A stretch of DNA of 64,000 nt. It comes from a virus (taxonomy: Duplodnaviria > Caudoviricetes). A program made the translations under genes and the position numbers. The notes below the pieces were generated by a model. It worked only from the letters and a program-made list of their open reading frames with translations, was not told the DNA's origin and ran no database searches. Below, one piece after another: positions 26,292 through 35,640 of this stretch. How positions within the stretch are numbered: position 1 is the stretch's first letter; each line of letters opens with the position of its first letter. The DNA lies in the IMG/VR virus record IMGVR_UViG_3300036987_000310, positions 96,001 to 160,000 of that record. One strand, written 5' to 3'.

Positions 26292-27199
26292 TGCACGACC
26301 TCTTTTAGTTTTGAATACAGAACCTTTGGGTCAGTGCGGGATAGACCAGACATTTGCCCATCGTTCAGTTCAATCACGATCCATTTGCCAGACTGTGTTC
26401 TGGCAACATCCACAACGTAAAACCTGGCAGAGTCCCCAATCCTAGTGATGACTTCTTGAAGAAACGAGGCCGGAACCGAGCTCGGGTCAGGACAACCGCC
26501 CGGGATGTCGTCTTCATAATTTGACCAGTAAAACCCGCCACACAAAACTTGTTTGTCGCAAACGAAAAACCTATATTCTTCAGCCACAGGCATTCCTTGA
26601 AGCCCATCCATCAATTTAACAAGCGGAACATACTCGCGTGCATAAATGTGTTGATCGCATATAAGGCCGTCGTCCATGAGGCGGCATGCAACTTCAACAG
26701 CGTCCCGCTTGCTTTGCGCAAACATGTGGGTTTTCCATTGGAACTTTTTCGAATTCGTGGCACCTTTGACAACAAACGGACCCGCGTTGTCAGGAATGTC
26801 CTGAAGCCGCCTCCAAGTGCGGGGCGTCAAATCGCCCAAATCGTCCACCCAGTTCCCCAAGTCAGCAATATATGAATGTTGTCGAAAGCTGTTGATGAGC
26901 TTGGATCCGAAGTCATCCAGCTCTTGCTCCAGCTCGCGGTAAAATGGCAAAACGCTGTACCTTCCAATCACCAACGATTCTCGGGGAATGCGAGACCGCA
27001 GTTCCACAAGTTTGAAGTGGGGCGCAACTGCGGCCGTTTCTTCAGGGCACATGCCCCGAGCAAGCACTATCGATTGCATAACAACAATTACAGCAAAGAC
27101 AGCTACCACCGATATGCGTCGCTGGTCGGCGAGGGCAACTCTAATCAGCCCCTTCAAATCATTCCAGGCTCGTGCCACCGGTCGTTTTCGTTGTCCCAA
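26288..27199 (-). CDS. ATP-grasp domain protein (DUF4343-like); start probably internal
   Basis: PFVVKG..SKK..W, EYRFFV, YVVDVA..WIVIELND...SGL. Confidence 0.75.
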   Translation of the reverse strand: MGQRKRPVARAWNDLKGLIRVALADQRRISVVAVFAVIVVMQSIVLARGMCPEETAAVAPHFKLVELRSRIPRESLVIGRYSVLPFYRELEQELDDFGSKLINSFRQHSYIADLGNWVDDLGDLTPRTWRRLQDIPDNAGPFVVKGATNSKKFQWKTHMFAQSKRDAVEVACRLMDDGLICDQHIYAREYVPLVKLMDGLQGMPVAEEYRFFVCDKQVLCGGFYWSNYEDDIPGGCPDPSSVPASFLQEVITRIGDSARFYVVDVARTQSGKWIVIELNDGQMSGLSRTDPKVLYSKLKEVVQ

Positions 27200-27405
27200 T
27201 GCCGGACGTCATATAAATTGATGTCGAACATCAGGTATGCTACCTGCCACGACAGATCGATGCCCGCATGGTCGCCCTTGGTGGAAGCGCGAAACCGGAG
27301 GTATAGGTCCGGTGCGTGCTCCGGCCACCAGCTGAGTTGTGCTGACAAGGATTTGTGCCTCGTCAACTCCAAGTCGAGACACAGGTCGCGATTCTTGCGC
27401 AGCAT
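27154..27405 (-). CDS. Hypothetical protein
   Basis: Directly follows rtcB. Confidence 0.5.
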   Translation of the reverse strand: MLRKNRDLCLDLELTRHKSLSAQLSWWPEHAPDLYLRFRASTKGDHAGIDLSWQVAYLMFDINLYDVRHWDNENDRWHEPGMI

Positions 27406-27406
27406 C

Positions 27407-28843
27407 TCAGTCGGATCCCTTTATGCTGGCCAAGGGGTAGAGCCGCCGCTCGACGCGCGCCACTCCGGCCTTTTGCAACACCGCGAGCACTGCGTCGAGG
27501 CTCTTGTACACGTGGGCGCATTCGTCCAACGGCACGTGCTTGGTGTTGCCGACAATGCCTTCCACTGCCACGGAGCCAAACTGGCGCTTGACTTGGCGCA
27601 TCTCGTCGTCTATGCGCAGTTGCTTGTGCTCGAACTTGCGCTTGGCCGCGCCCCGAGCCAAAATGCGCCCCGATCCGTGGTTGACCGAGCATGCCCAGGC
27701 ATGCGCGCCGTCCAGAGGCGTCAGCACCGCTGCGCCTTCGAACATGCTGCCGGGAACGATGATTGGGTGCCCCACAGCCGCCCATCTCAGCTGGTTCGCG
27801 ATGTCCGGATGGCCCGCCGGCATGGCGCGCGTCGCGCCCTTCCGGTGCACTAGACCGCGCTTTGTCGTCCCGTCTGGCAGCACCAGCGTCTCCTCCTGGA
27901 TTAGATTGTGCGAGATTTCGTAGTAGACTTCGGCATCAACTCCAAACTGCTCCTGGAACGCGCGGCGCACGGAGGCGGCCATGGCATGGCGGTTGGCAAT
28001 CGCGTAATTGGCTGCCGAGTTGTGATGCGCCCAGTATTGCTTGCCCGTTGGCTCTTCAATGGATAGCCACGCTTCGCCGCGGCGTTTTGACGACCAGCCT
28101 CGGACCCTGGCTGCTTCGTAGAAGAAGTGCTCTGCGGTCTGGTATCCGTAGCCGCGCGAGCCTGAGTGGATCATGACCCACAGCGAGCCGTCGGCCTCGT
28201 CGCCTTGCAGTTCGATGAAGTGGTTTCCGCCGCCGAGCGATCCGAGCTGAGCCGCGGCCTTGCTCCAGGCACGCTCGATCAGCTTGAAGTTGGTGCCGTC
28301 CGCCACGGGGAGCTTCACTCGCTCGCACGAGTTCGGCAGCACGTCCAAGGGCTCTCCGCCGTTCTGCATGATTTCGAGCAGGGTTTCCTCGCTGAATTCG
28401 GGCATGAGCTTCGGCCTGTTCATTCCGATCCCGACGGCGACGCGCTTCTCGACTTCCGAAATCCAGCGCTCGCGCGGGTACCGATTCTTGAAGTGCCCGG
28501 CAGTCAGACCATCCACCCGCATCAGCAGCATACCGCAGCTGATGTCGTACCCGCTTGCTGCCATCACGAGCGTGCCGTCGGTGACGAGCACGCATCCAAC
28601 AGGAACCGAGTATCCTGAGTGCGAGTCGGGCATGAGGTATGCGCCGGTCACGCCTTCGTACGAGGCGGCGTACATCAGCTGATTCCACACCTCCTCTTCG
28701 GAGGCCGCATACAGCTCGTCCGACAAGAACGCGTGGCCGTCCACCTTCATTGTCTTGGTTTTCGCCAAAACGTAATGACCGTCGTCGAGACGTTGTGCTG
28801 CATATTTGAGCGACATGTTATTTTCTTTCAAGAGCTCGTTCAA
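27407..28843 (-). CDS. rtcB: RtcB RNA ligase
   Basis: MPDSH, DISCG, GSLGGGNHFIE, HSGSRG, SHN, HRKGATRA, HGSGR; visibly GC-rich. Confidence 0.95.
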   Translation of the reverse strand: MNELLKENNMSLKYAAQRLDDGHYVLAKTKTMKVDGHAFLSDELYAASEEEVWNQLMYAASYEGVTGAYLMPDSHSGYSVPVGCVLVTDGTLVMAASGYDISCGMLLMRVDGLTAGHFKNRYPRERWISEVEKRVAVGIGMNRPKLMPEFSEETLLEIMQNGGEPLDVLPNSCERVKLPVADGTNFKLIERAWSKAAAQLGSLGGGNHFIELQGDEADGSLWVMIHSGSRGYGYQTAEHFFYEAARVRGWSSKRRGEAWLSIEEPTGKQYWAHHNSAANYAIANRHAMAASVRRAFQEQFGVDAEVYYEISHNLIQEETLVLPDGTTKRGLVHRKGATRAMPAGHPDIANQLRWAAVGHPIIVPGSMFEGAAVLTPLDGAHAWACSVNHGSGRILARGAAKRKFEHKQLRIDDEMRQVKRQFGSVAVEGIVGNTKHVPLDECAHVYKSLDAVLAVLQKAGVARVERRLYPLASIKGSD

Positions 28844-28918
28844 GTAGCTGTCGGATCAGAGTTGGTCAATTACACCTCGTAAAAGTATGAAACTCACACG
28901 AACGATGTAAACTTCGGC

Positions 28919-29329
28919 ATGAGACTCCTGCTTGTAGACAAAGATGGAAAGCTTCAAGCCGAGCTGGACGCACCTTCTGTGCCTTCCGCGGTGATTCACC
29001 GTTGTCGGGCGTGGATGAGGGACGAGACCCGTCCAGACAACGTATATCAGGAAGTAACCACCTGGCCACTTCCTCCTGAGGAAAGATATGGCCCTTATCC
29101 CCAGCAAACCAGATGGTTTGAACTTCGGGAGAAGTTCGGGGAAAAGGGTGCGTACAAAGAGCTCGCCCGAAGGATGCGGCAAGTGGCCGACCATTTAGAC
29201 AAACTCTCCGAGAAGGGAGGATGGCCGGACGTCTTCGGATGCGAATACCCGGCCGCTGAGCCTATGTGCTCAGACGGCCATTTCATCGACGGGATCGGAG
29301 TGACGCTGTCGTTTCCGTGGCCGGGGTGA
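28919..29329 (+). CDS. Hypothetical protein
   Basis: 136-aa ORF convergent with the tRNA-Ser pair. Confidence 0.55.
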   Translation: MRLLLVDKDGKLQAELDAPSVPSAVIHRCRAWMRDETRPDNVYQEVTTWPLPPEERYGPYPQQTRWFELREKFGEKGAYKELARRMRQVADHLDKLSEKGGWPDVFGCEYPAAEPMCSDGHFIDGIGVTLSFPWPG

Positions 29330-29416
29330 TGGCGGAAGTCAGCCGAGTCGAACGGCATGGTGTGACCCACGCACCGGTTAGCAGCCGGGCCTCGCGCCGC
29401 CGCGAGATTGACTTCC
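29330..29416 (-). tRNA. tRNA-Ser(GCT)
   Basis: Cloverleaf, long V arm, G73, GCCA. Confidence 0.85.
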
Positions 29417-29417
29417 A

Positions 29418-29502
29418 TGGCGGAGAATAGTCGAATCGAACGACCAGCCTTGCGGCTGCTCCGGTGTTCGGGACCGGTTGCCCACCTTGAGCAGTATCCT
29501 CC
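29418..29502 (-). tRNA. tRNA-Ser(CGA)
   Basis: CCGGT-CCCGAAC-ACCGG, long V arm, GCCA. Confidence 0.85.
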
Positions 29503-29759
29503 TAACGAGATTTATGGGCTTCACAAACCCAGCGAACTCTTCCGCGATTGTTTACGCCCCAATTCCTGCCGGTGGCAGTTTCACGACAAGAACGGGCAGA
29601 GCACAAAAGAATTTGCACGTTAGAGAAACCGCGGTCCCTGCCCGTGAAGCCGTTCAGCCTCGCTAACCCTATGCTTTTGCACAATCGACACTGCTTATAC
29701 CTGGTTGGATCTACTCCCCCAGGCAAATCGGTGAACGGTTCCCATTCATGATTACACAT
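29502..29759 (-). CDS. Cys-rich hypothetical protein
   Basis: CNHEW..CRLC..CEAH. Confidence 0.55.
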   Translation of the reverse strand: MCNHEWEPFTDLPGGVDPTRYKQCRLCKSIGLARLNGFTGRDRGFSNVQILLCSARSCRETATGRNWGVNNRGRVRWVCEAHKSR

Positions 29760-29964
29760 CCTTCAGCTGTTCCTTTTCGGAAACCCGAGCGCGTTTTTCT
29801 TGCCACGTTTGGAAGTTAAAGCAGCCTTTTGCTGCTTGATGCTTCCAACACTTGCACAAGAGACACCCGGCCCGATTACCCTTCGGTCGCCTGCGCTTAT
29901 GGTTTGCCATTGTGACCTCCTTGCCGCCACCAGCGGCGCGGCTATGGTCACAATTTCGTTCGCT

Positions 29965-30375
29965 CTACACATCGTGTATTTCTTGAATTATGCAAGATTT
30001 TGTTTCACAAAAATCTTCGATGTGCTCCCCACATCGAAGACAGAATGAATGGATTGCGCCGACGCGATCTTCTATGCGCATAATGCCAATGCGCTCCGGG
30101 ACTGGGTTTTTCTTGGTGTTGACGTACACCGGCAGGCCGAAAAGCGTTCCCATCATTCCTATGCGCAAGAGCTCCCCGTGTGTTTCGATATCCAGGTGTT
30201 TTCTGCCAAACTTTCTGATGTGCGCATAGTCTGCGATGTGCATTCTAATTATCGCCGGGAAGACTTTTTTGTCTTCGAGCTTTTCCAGAACGTCGCAAAC
30301 AAACTCCAACGACAAAACATACTCAGACATGTAGCAGAGGGATGAGGACTCGAACCCCAGCGGTTTCCCGCCCAT
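29965..30375 (-). CDS. Hypothetical protein (start probably MSEYVL), ends QEIHDV
   Basis: CLRC..C..C; tag-like C-terminus. Confidence 0.6.
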   Translation of the reverse strand: MGGKPLGFESSSLCYMSEYVLSLEFVCDVLEKLEDKKVFPAIIRMHIADYAHIRKFGRKHLDIETHGELLRIGMMGTLFGLPVYVNTKKNPVPERIGIMRIEDRVGAIHSFCLRCGEHIEDFCETKSCIIQEIHDV

Positions 30376-30417
30376 CTGTTTTCAAGACAGCGCCGGTCCC
30401 TGACCGGTTACCCCTCT
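30332..30417 (-). tRNA. tRNA-Ser(TGA)
   Basis: Loop CT-TGA-AA, long V arm, G73. Confidence 0.85.
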
Positions 30418-30566
30418 AAGTCAAGACTCCATCAAGTCCTTCACCATTTGGATTCGCATCCGGATGCGTGATAATTTCTTGTTTGCACCGCATGCAAATC
30501 CAATCGGTCCACTGCCCGCCATATTTGGACATGGACGCGACAAGAATTCATGGACCATGTTTGCAA

Positions 30567-30779
30567 TCAGGCGTCCATGACTTCTTCGACAGAGGCCGGA
30601 ACCTGGAGCGGACTCCCGTGCTTGTTGAACCACCTGGACCTCTTTTTCATACAACTCCCACACAGTACTACGCGACGGCCATCCGGAACCAGCGGACCCC
30701 AATGAACTAGCGTAGCGTGTTCTTCGCCACAGTTGTCTTCACACTTCCCGAAGTCTCTTCCGCCAATTGTGTCTGCCAT
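30567..30779 (-). CDS. Hypothetical protein, ends EEVMDA
   Basis: CxxxC..CxxC. Confidence 0.55.
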   Translation of the reverse strand: MADTIGGRDFGKCEDNCGEEHATLVHWGPLVPDGRRVVLCGSCMKKRSRWFNKHGSPLQVPASVEEVMDA

Positions 30780-30843
30780 AGCCCCTTTTTACGCTCGAAA
30801 TTTTTGAATTTTCGTCATAAGACTTGAATGAAGGTGTTCAGAT

Positions 30844-31269
30844 ATGGATCCAAAAGAGTTGTCGTCCCATCTCAACGGAATTGCTGACAAGATCGATGCT
30901 TCAAAGCAGCCGAGCCGAGAGCTGGTTGCGGCAGCTCTTCGCGACACCATCGCGGCCGTGGAGCGAAACAAAGACCTGGCTAAGAAGAAGGACAAAAGCA
31001 AAGGCAAGATCAACAAAAAGGATGTTGACGCGTCGACGGCTTCTTCCATGCACATGGGGCTACTTGAAAAGTACAAGGACTTCCATGACACCGGGGCGAA
31101 CCTTATGGGGTTTCGAAACGTGGTCGTCGACGGAATTCCGGAAGACTCCCCTAACGACGTCATGGCCGCTCGGAAAGAATGTGCTGCGGCGTTTGATGCC
31201 CTCGACCAAGCCTTGAAGAACGCGCGGGCATGTTACAGCAGACTTATGGCGTCGTTGGCAGGCATATAG
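30844..31269 (+). CDS. Hypothetical protein with shared N-terminal IA.KID.S..PSRELVA motif
   Basis: Paralogous N-terminus. Confidence 0.7.
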   Translation: MDPKELSSHLNGIADKIDASKQPSRELVAAALRDTIAAVERNKDLAKKKDKSKGKINKKDVDASTASSMHMGLLEKYKDFHDTGANLMGFRNVVVDGIPEDSPNDVMAARKECAAAFDALDQALKNARACYSRLMASLAGI

Positions 31270-31281
31270 CCCTCTTATGGA

Positions 31282-32508
31282 TTGGGTTCCTTCATGGAAC
31301 CCAAGTTCACCATTTACTGCCATACCCATATCGAATCAGGCCGGCGCTACATTGGGCTCACTAAGCACACGATGTTGCACCGCTGGAACCAGCACTGCGC
31401 CCAAGCCAAATATTCAAAAGGTGGGCGGTGGCATTTCCCTAATGCCATTCGCAAGTATGGGAAAGACGCTTTCTCTCATGAAGTGTTGGAAACTTGTTTA
31501 ACGCTTGAGGAGGCGAACGCCGCAGAGCAGAAGTGGATCGAGCACTTCAAGACGCGGGATCCTCAGTTCGGTTTCAATCTGGCAGAAGGAGGGTCTCACA
31601 CCCCACATCCCGCAAAGAATCCGTGGGACGATCCTGAATATCGCGCCAAAGTGGCGCCCATTCTGAAAAAATTCATCGCTGCCGGCCACACGCCCGAAGC
31701 TTTTGCTAAAATGACCGCCACCCATCGCACGCCCGAGTTCCGGGCCAAGCGATCTGAAATTTCCAAACAATTTCAGGCAGACCCCGGATATCGAGCCAAG
31801 ATGTCGCTAATTGAACAACGTTCTCATGCTAGACCGGAAGTCAAGGCAAAAATCTCACTGGCGTCGCGCAGCATTGTGAAACAGCCTGTTGACGATGCGA
31901 CTCGAACCAAACTGAGCCGCGCCGGTAAGGGCCGGCAGCTAAGCGATTCCACGAAAGCGAAGATCAGCGCTACAATGACAGGCAAGAAATATGCGATCGA
32001 TTCTTTGAAGCGCATAATCGACAAAGAAAGAGCGGTGGCCTGGCGCGCGTATGAAACAGCAGATGACAAAATAACCGGCAAGAATTGCAAAATTCATGGG
32101 TTTGTTAACATCGAGAACTGTCACGTTGGAAAGCTGCCAGGAGGTGGACCGAGGGTGCTGTGCAGATTGTGTTCGAGAGCTCGTGACAAAGCACGCAAGG
32201 CAAAGAAGTTCACGGACCGTGTTGCGCATATGCCCAAGGCCAAACCGCCGCGCGTTGCCACCGCGCGCAATGAGCTTGTTATTCAAGACGGCCGCGTCGT
32301 TGGGCTTCAGTGCCGTGCGCACGGCCTCGTATCCGGAGACGAGTGTTTAATCACCGTGTGGCCGAATGGAAACTCTCGTGCTGTATGTAGGGTGTGCGCA
32401 CGAGAGGCAGACAAGCGTCGAAAAAATCGAGACCGGCAACGACGCGGTTTGCCTGTCTTCGTAGCGGAGGGAGGCCGAATCGAACGGCCATCCTTTTGGA
32501 CGCCCTAG
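31282..32508 (+). CDS. GIY-YIG homing endonuclease (Seg-like) with NUMOD3-like repeats and C-terminal Cys/His motifs
   Basis: TIYCH..RRYIGLT..RW..H..NAIRKYG..E..WI..GFNL; TKAKISATMTGK. Confidence 0.85.
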   Translation: MGSFMEPKFTIYCHTHIESGRRYIGLTKHTMLHRWNQHCAQAKYSKGGRWHFPNAIRKYGKDAFSHEVLETCLTLEEANAAEQKWIEHFKTRDPQFGFNLAEGGSHTPHPAKNPWDDPEYRAKVAPILKKFIAAGHTPEAFAKMTATHRTPEFRAKRSEISKQFQADPGYRAKMSLIEQRSHARPEVKAKISLASRSIVKQPVDDATRTKLSRAGKGRQLSDSTKAKISATMTGKKYAIDSLKRIIDKERAVAWRAYETADDKITGKNCKIHGFVNIENCHVGKLPGGGPRVLCRLCSRARDKARKAKKFTDRVAHMPKAKPPRVATARNELVIQDGRVVGLQCRAHGLVSGDECLITVWPNGNSRAVCRVCAREADKRRKNRDRQRRGLPVFVAEGGRIERPSFWTP

Positions 32509-32546
32509 TGTTCCAAACTAGTTGCCCACCTTGAGCAGCACCCTCC
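32462..32546 (-). tRNA. tRNA-Ser(GGA)
   Basis: CTAGT-TTGGAAC-ACTAG, long V arm, G73. Confidence 0.85.
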
Positions 32547-32568
32547 AGTTTTTGTCACCCGTTTCAGT

Positions 32569-32835
32569 GTGAACACAATCAGGAAAAAGTCGGACTCGTA
32601 TATAGAGGCACAGAGCGGCTTTCCTTCTGAAGAAAGAGGGACCCTAGTCACATGCCCTGTGTGTGGTGGAACTGGACAGAAAGAACATAACTCCCCGAAC
32701 GGAGAGTATAAAATTCTGTTATGCAGATGGTGCAGCGGACACGGAAGCGTGACCAAAGAAGTGTATGTGGCTTTCATTCGGTGGCTGAGGATTCTCAGCC
32801 ACAATCGGGCGTCAGGGAACTGCGAAAGGAAATAG
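32569..32835 (+). CDS. Small DnaJ-type zinc-finger protein
   Basis: CPVCGGTG and CRWCSGHG. Confidence 0.6.
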   Translation: MNTIRKKSDSYIEAQSGFPSEERGTLVTCPVCGGTGQKEHNSPNGEYKILLCRWCSGHGSVTKEVYVAFIRWLRILSHNRASGNCERK

Positions 32836-33190
32836 CCTCCTGCAGCCATTTTCTGAGCGTGCCTTTGTGTTCTTGGTGTCTTATTTTGACAACTTTCATT
32901 TGGCCTTCGGTCATTTCCTCTATGTATGATGCGTGATGCCGAACCGCGATCGGAAGCTTTTCGTGATCGTTGGTCATCACCATGAGATTGTCACATTCGT
33001 ATGCAAAGACAGACTTCGGGCACAAGATGTGTAGCGCCTCGATGAGAATTTCAACTTCTTCATCACGAGCTTCGCGCAGTTTTTGAACAACTAGCGTTGC
33101 GATTTTGTGCCTGCCGCCAAACTCGCTCCCCCAATCTTCCATCACGTCCATGATCTTTAGCTTGTTCAAAAATTCGCGATTGACTATCAT
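32795..33190 (-). CDS. Hypothetical protein
   Basis: ATGA-coupled. Confidence 0.55.
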   Translation of the reverse strand: MIVNREFLNKLKIMDVMEDWGSEFGGRHKIATLVVQKLREARDEEVEILIEALHILCPKSVFAYECDNLMVMTNDHEKLPIAVRHHASYIEEMTEGQMKVVKIRHQEHKGTLRKWLQEAISFRSSLTPDCG

Positions 33191-33432
33191 GACTCATGCA
33201 CTTTCGACACTTCATACTCTTCGAGAGTTATCTCATTCCATGGGCGCAAAGCCTCAATCGTCATCGACATGTAATGGCTTTCGCAAATCGCCATCGTGTG
33301 TCCAGTTCCGCCGCCAATGTCCAACAGATAGCGATTTGCTTTATTGAAGCAAATCGGGTTGTTTAAACTCCGGCGGCGGAACTGATTCATGTACTCGCAC
33401 AAAATCATTCGGCCCCTATGTAAAAAGCCCAC
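33187..33432 (-). CDS. Hypothetical protein, ends SKVHES
   Basis: Tag-like C-terminus. Confidence 0.5.
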   Translation of the reverse strand: MGFLHRGRMILCEYMNQFRRRSLNNPICFNKANRYLLDIGGGTGHTMAICESHYMSMTIEALRPWNEITLEEYEVSKVHES

Positions 33433-34034
33433 AGTTCCGGCACGTCATTTGTTAACATAACCGGTGACGACAGTGGGAGAGACTTTGGCCGAAACGGTTT
33501 CCGCTTGAGTTTCATGCCAGCTTCAAACGGAGTTCTCCCGGCTTTCCGGGAGTTGCACGGGTAACAGCTTGTAACGATGTTTTCCCATTCTGTCTTGCCT
33601 CCGCACCTCTTGGGAACCACGTGGTCATAGTTCAATTCGCGCATCGACAGCTTTCTGCCGCAGTATTGGCACGTAAACTTGTCTCGCGTCAACACATTGA
33701 TGCGACTAAATTTTACGCCACGCTTGTTCACACAAACATTCTTGACTAGTCTGGCGACCGCCGGCATTTTGATGGATGTTGACGGGGACCTGATGACTTC
33801 ATCATACTCTTCGAGCACTTCTATTTTCTGATTGAAGAGTAGAACGATGGTTGTCTGCCAAGGAACGATTCTATGAGGTTGCATCCAAGGAGTTAGCAAG
33901 AGAGTTTGGGTCGACATCGTCATCTCCGTTTCTTCTTTTTCATGGCTGTCTCCCATGTTCAGCTGTTTGTTGTTGGAACTTTGCATGGACATCCGGAAAA
34001 TCGCGTCAAGAGTTGCAGAAGGGTGGCAAGACAA
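33405..34034 (-). CDS. HNH endonuclease (McrA-like); likely start at MSTQTLLL
   Basis: RDKFTCQYCG, DHVVPK..GG..WENIVTSCYPCNSRK. Confidence 0.88.
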   Translation of the reverse strand: MSCHPSATLDAIFRMSMQSSNNKQLNMGDSHEKEETEMTMSTQTLLLTPWMQPHRIVPWQTTIVLLFNQKIEVLEEYDEVIRSPSTSIKMPAVARLVKNVCVNKRGVKFSRINVLTRDKFTCQYCGRKLSMRELNYDHVVPKRCGGKTEWENIVTSCYPCNSRKAGRTPFEAGMKLKRKPFRPKSLPLSSPVMLTNDVPELWAFYIGAE

Positions 34035-34266
34035 GCTTCACGGGGGTCTTGCCGACGACAACATCCCTGAAAACTTCAACCCTATACAACTTGTCAACGG
34101 ACTTGTCGTAGAGCTTGAACACGTCAACAAAGAAGCTCACGAAATGCTGAAAAATGCTCCAGACGACATTCATAAAGCATTAGAAATCGCCATGGACCAT
34201 CTTACTGAAGACGCGGAGTACTACACCAAGCTCGCGAAAATGGAGGGGGAAGAGTTTGTAGGCTAG
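33985..34266 (+). CDS. Conserved phage protein (DUF5661-like) with N-terminal IRKIASRVA motif
   Basis: VELEH..EIAMDHLTED..YYTKLAKME. Confidence 0.7.
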   Translation: MDIRKIASRVAEGWQDKLHGGLADDNIPENFNPIQLVNGLVVELEHVNKEAHEMLKNAPDDIHKALEIAMDHLTEDAEYYTKLAKMEGEEFVG

Positions 34267-34538
34267 GACTCGTCTTTGACGCTTCCGTACCACCCGGCTT
34301 CCATTACTCGTCTTGCCGTTTCTGCCACTGCTTTTTGATCGTCCGCCCGGCCTTTGGCTAAAGACGTCAAAATTTTGCGCAGCAACGCGTCCCCTCTTTT
34401 GCGGGCTTTCTTTTCATCGGACGCAGACAGAGTTTCAAACTCGGCAGCGATGTCTTTTGCCTTCAAAAAAGGTATTTTGTTTGCGACAACAACAGTGTCC
34501 CCATTCGCAATAGCCCTAGCAAACTTGTCGATCTCCAA
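34263..34538 (-). CDS. Hypothetical protein
   Basis: Helical ORF. Confidence 0.5.
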   Translation of the reverse strand: MEIDKFARAIANGDTVVVANKIPFLKAKDIAAEFETLSASDEKKARKRGDALLRKILTSLAKGRADDQKAVAETARRVMEAGWYGSVKDES

Positions 34539-34588
34539 GTCAGTTTCTCCTATTTCCTGTCAAGTTAGTTCACGCAAATACTTTACAG

Positions 34589-34662
34589 TGCTGACGGCGA
34601 GATTCGAACTCGCACTAAACGCGGTTTGAGCACGTCGCCTCTGCCAGTTGGGCTACGTCAGC
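34589..34662 (-). tRNA. tRNA-Leu(CAA) with short variable loop
   Basis: ACGTG-CTCAAAC-CGCGT, 5-nt V loop, A73. Confidence 0.85.
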
Positions 34663-34899
34663 ATGACTGTCATCAGGGCTTTCCTGTCTTGCATGGACCC
34701 ACAATTCAATGGACCACACCATCCTTCAGGGCGGTCAAGTTCACATTCATATGGCTTTGTGCGACCAACTTCGTCGATCATGGCAATGACCCCGCACACC
34801 TTGCAAGACGTGTAACCTCTAAGTTTTGCGGTCCATGTATGGCCGCCCATGTCGTAAATGTGCGTGTTTTTGTCGTAGCACATCACGAGTTTGTCCATG

Positions 34900-35229
34900 C
34901 TATGACTCGTTGACATCTTCCACAACACCGAGCTTGCATTGTGGTTTGTGCTCCCCAATACATTCGCATTCCTCGCATTTTCGGAGGGCGTAGAAAGCAG
35001 AAGCCCCAGCAGGCATTTCTTGTACAGGAAACAATCCTATGGCCATGGACGCCATACTGACTCGATAAGTCGCCGCGTCAGCCAACGCTTGTCTTGCTTG
35101 ACCTATCATCCGGGTGACGGCTTGAATATCATCAGCTGTCCATGACGTCTGCGACTCTGCATGTGTCAACATCATGATCTCTTTGTTTTTTGCATTCCAC
35201 GCACCAAACACTGAATTCAAACTTCCCAT
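34900..35229 (-). CDS. Hypothetical protein, ends EDVNES
   Basis: CEEC..H..C; tag-like C-terminus. Confidence 0.5.
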   Translation of the reverse strand: MGSLNSVFGAWNAKNKEIMMLTHAESQTSWTADDIQAVTRMIGQARQALADAATYRVSMASMAIGLFPVQEMPAGASAFYALRKCEECECIGEHKPQCKLGVVEDVNES

Positions 35230-35503
35230 AGATGTCTCTCCATGGGTTGGAGCGTTTGGTGCGTGGAACTATGGCACTGTCGGGACATGCGGCATTCGTG
35301 AACGGTTTTGGGAAGTACGCTCTGACCTCCATCAAGTTTTTTCTCTTAACAACTGTGACAAGGTCAGCTAACAGGTCCCACTTTTCCACTTCTCTCAGAG
35401 TCTCAGCTATTGGGGATTTGATCCATTCCCATTCACTGCTAAAAATGTCGTCTTCGACAAAGTCAAAGTTGGCGGCAAGACGAGTCCCCCACAGTTTCTT
35501 CAT
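35132..35503 (-). CDS. Hypothetical protein, ends ADVMDS
   Basis: CVEC..H..C; tag-like C-terminus. Confidence 0.6.
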   Translation of the reverse strand: MKKLWGTRLAANFDFVEDDIFSSEWEWIKSPIAETLREVEKWDLLADLVTVVKRKNLMEVRAYFPKPFTNAACPDSAIVPRTKRSNPWRDIYGKFEFSVWCVECKKQRDHDVDTCRVADVMDS

Positions 35504-35579
35504 GGTGGCCCGCCCGGGATTCGAACCCGGAACACACGGATTTTAAATCCGCTACGTCTGCCAATTGCGCCAGCGGGCC
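35503..35579 (-). tRNA. tRNA-Leu(TAA) with short variable loop
   Basis: GCGGA-TTTAAAA-TCCGT, 5-nt V loop, ACCA. Confidence 0.88.
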
Positions 35580-35640
35580 GTGGTGCGATATGTAAAAATC
35601 AAACTCATCTAGTTCGACAGGTTAGTCTAGTGTCCTCCCG

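Noticed and set aside
26876-28688. Long alternative-frame ORFs over rtcB (and 45310-46629 over tuf)
   Set aside because: These are antisense or shadow ORFs caused by high GC, with no recognisable motifs.
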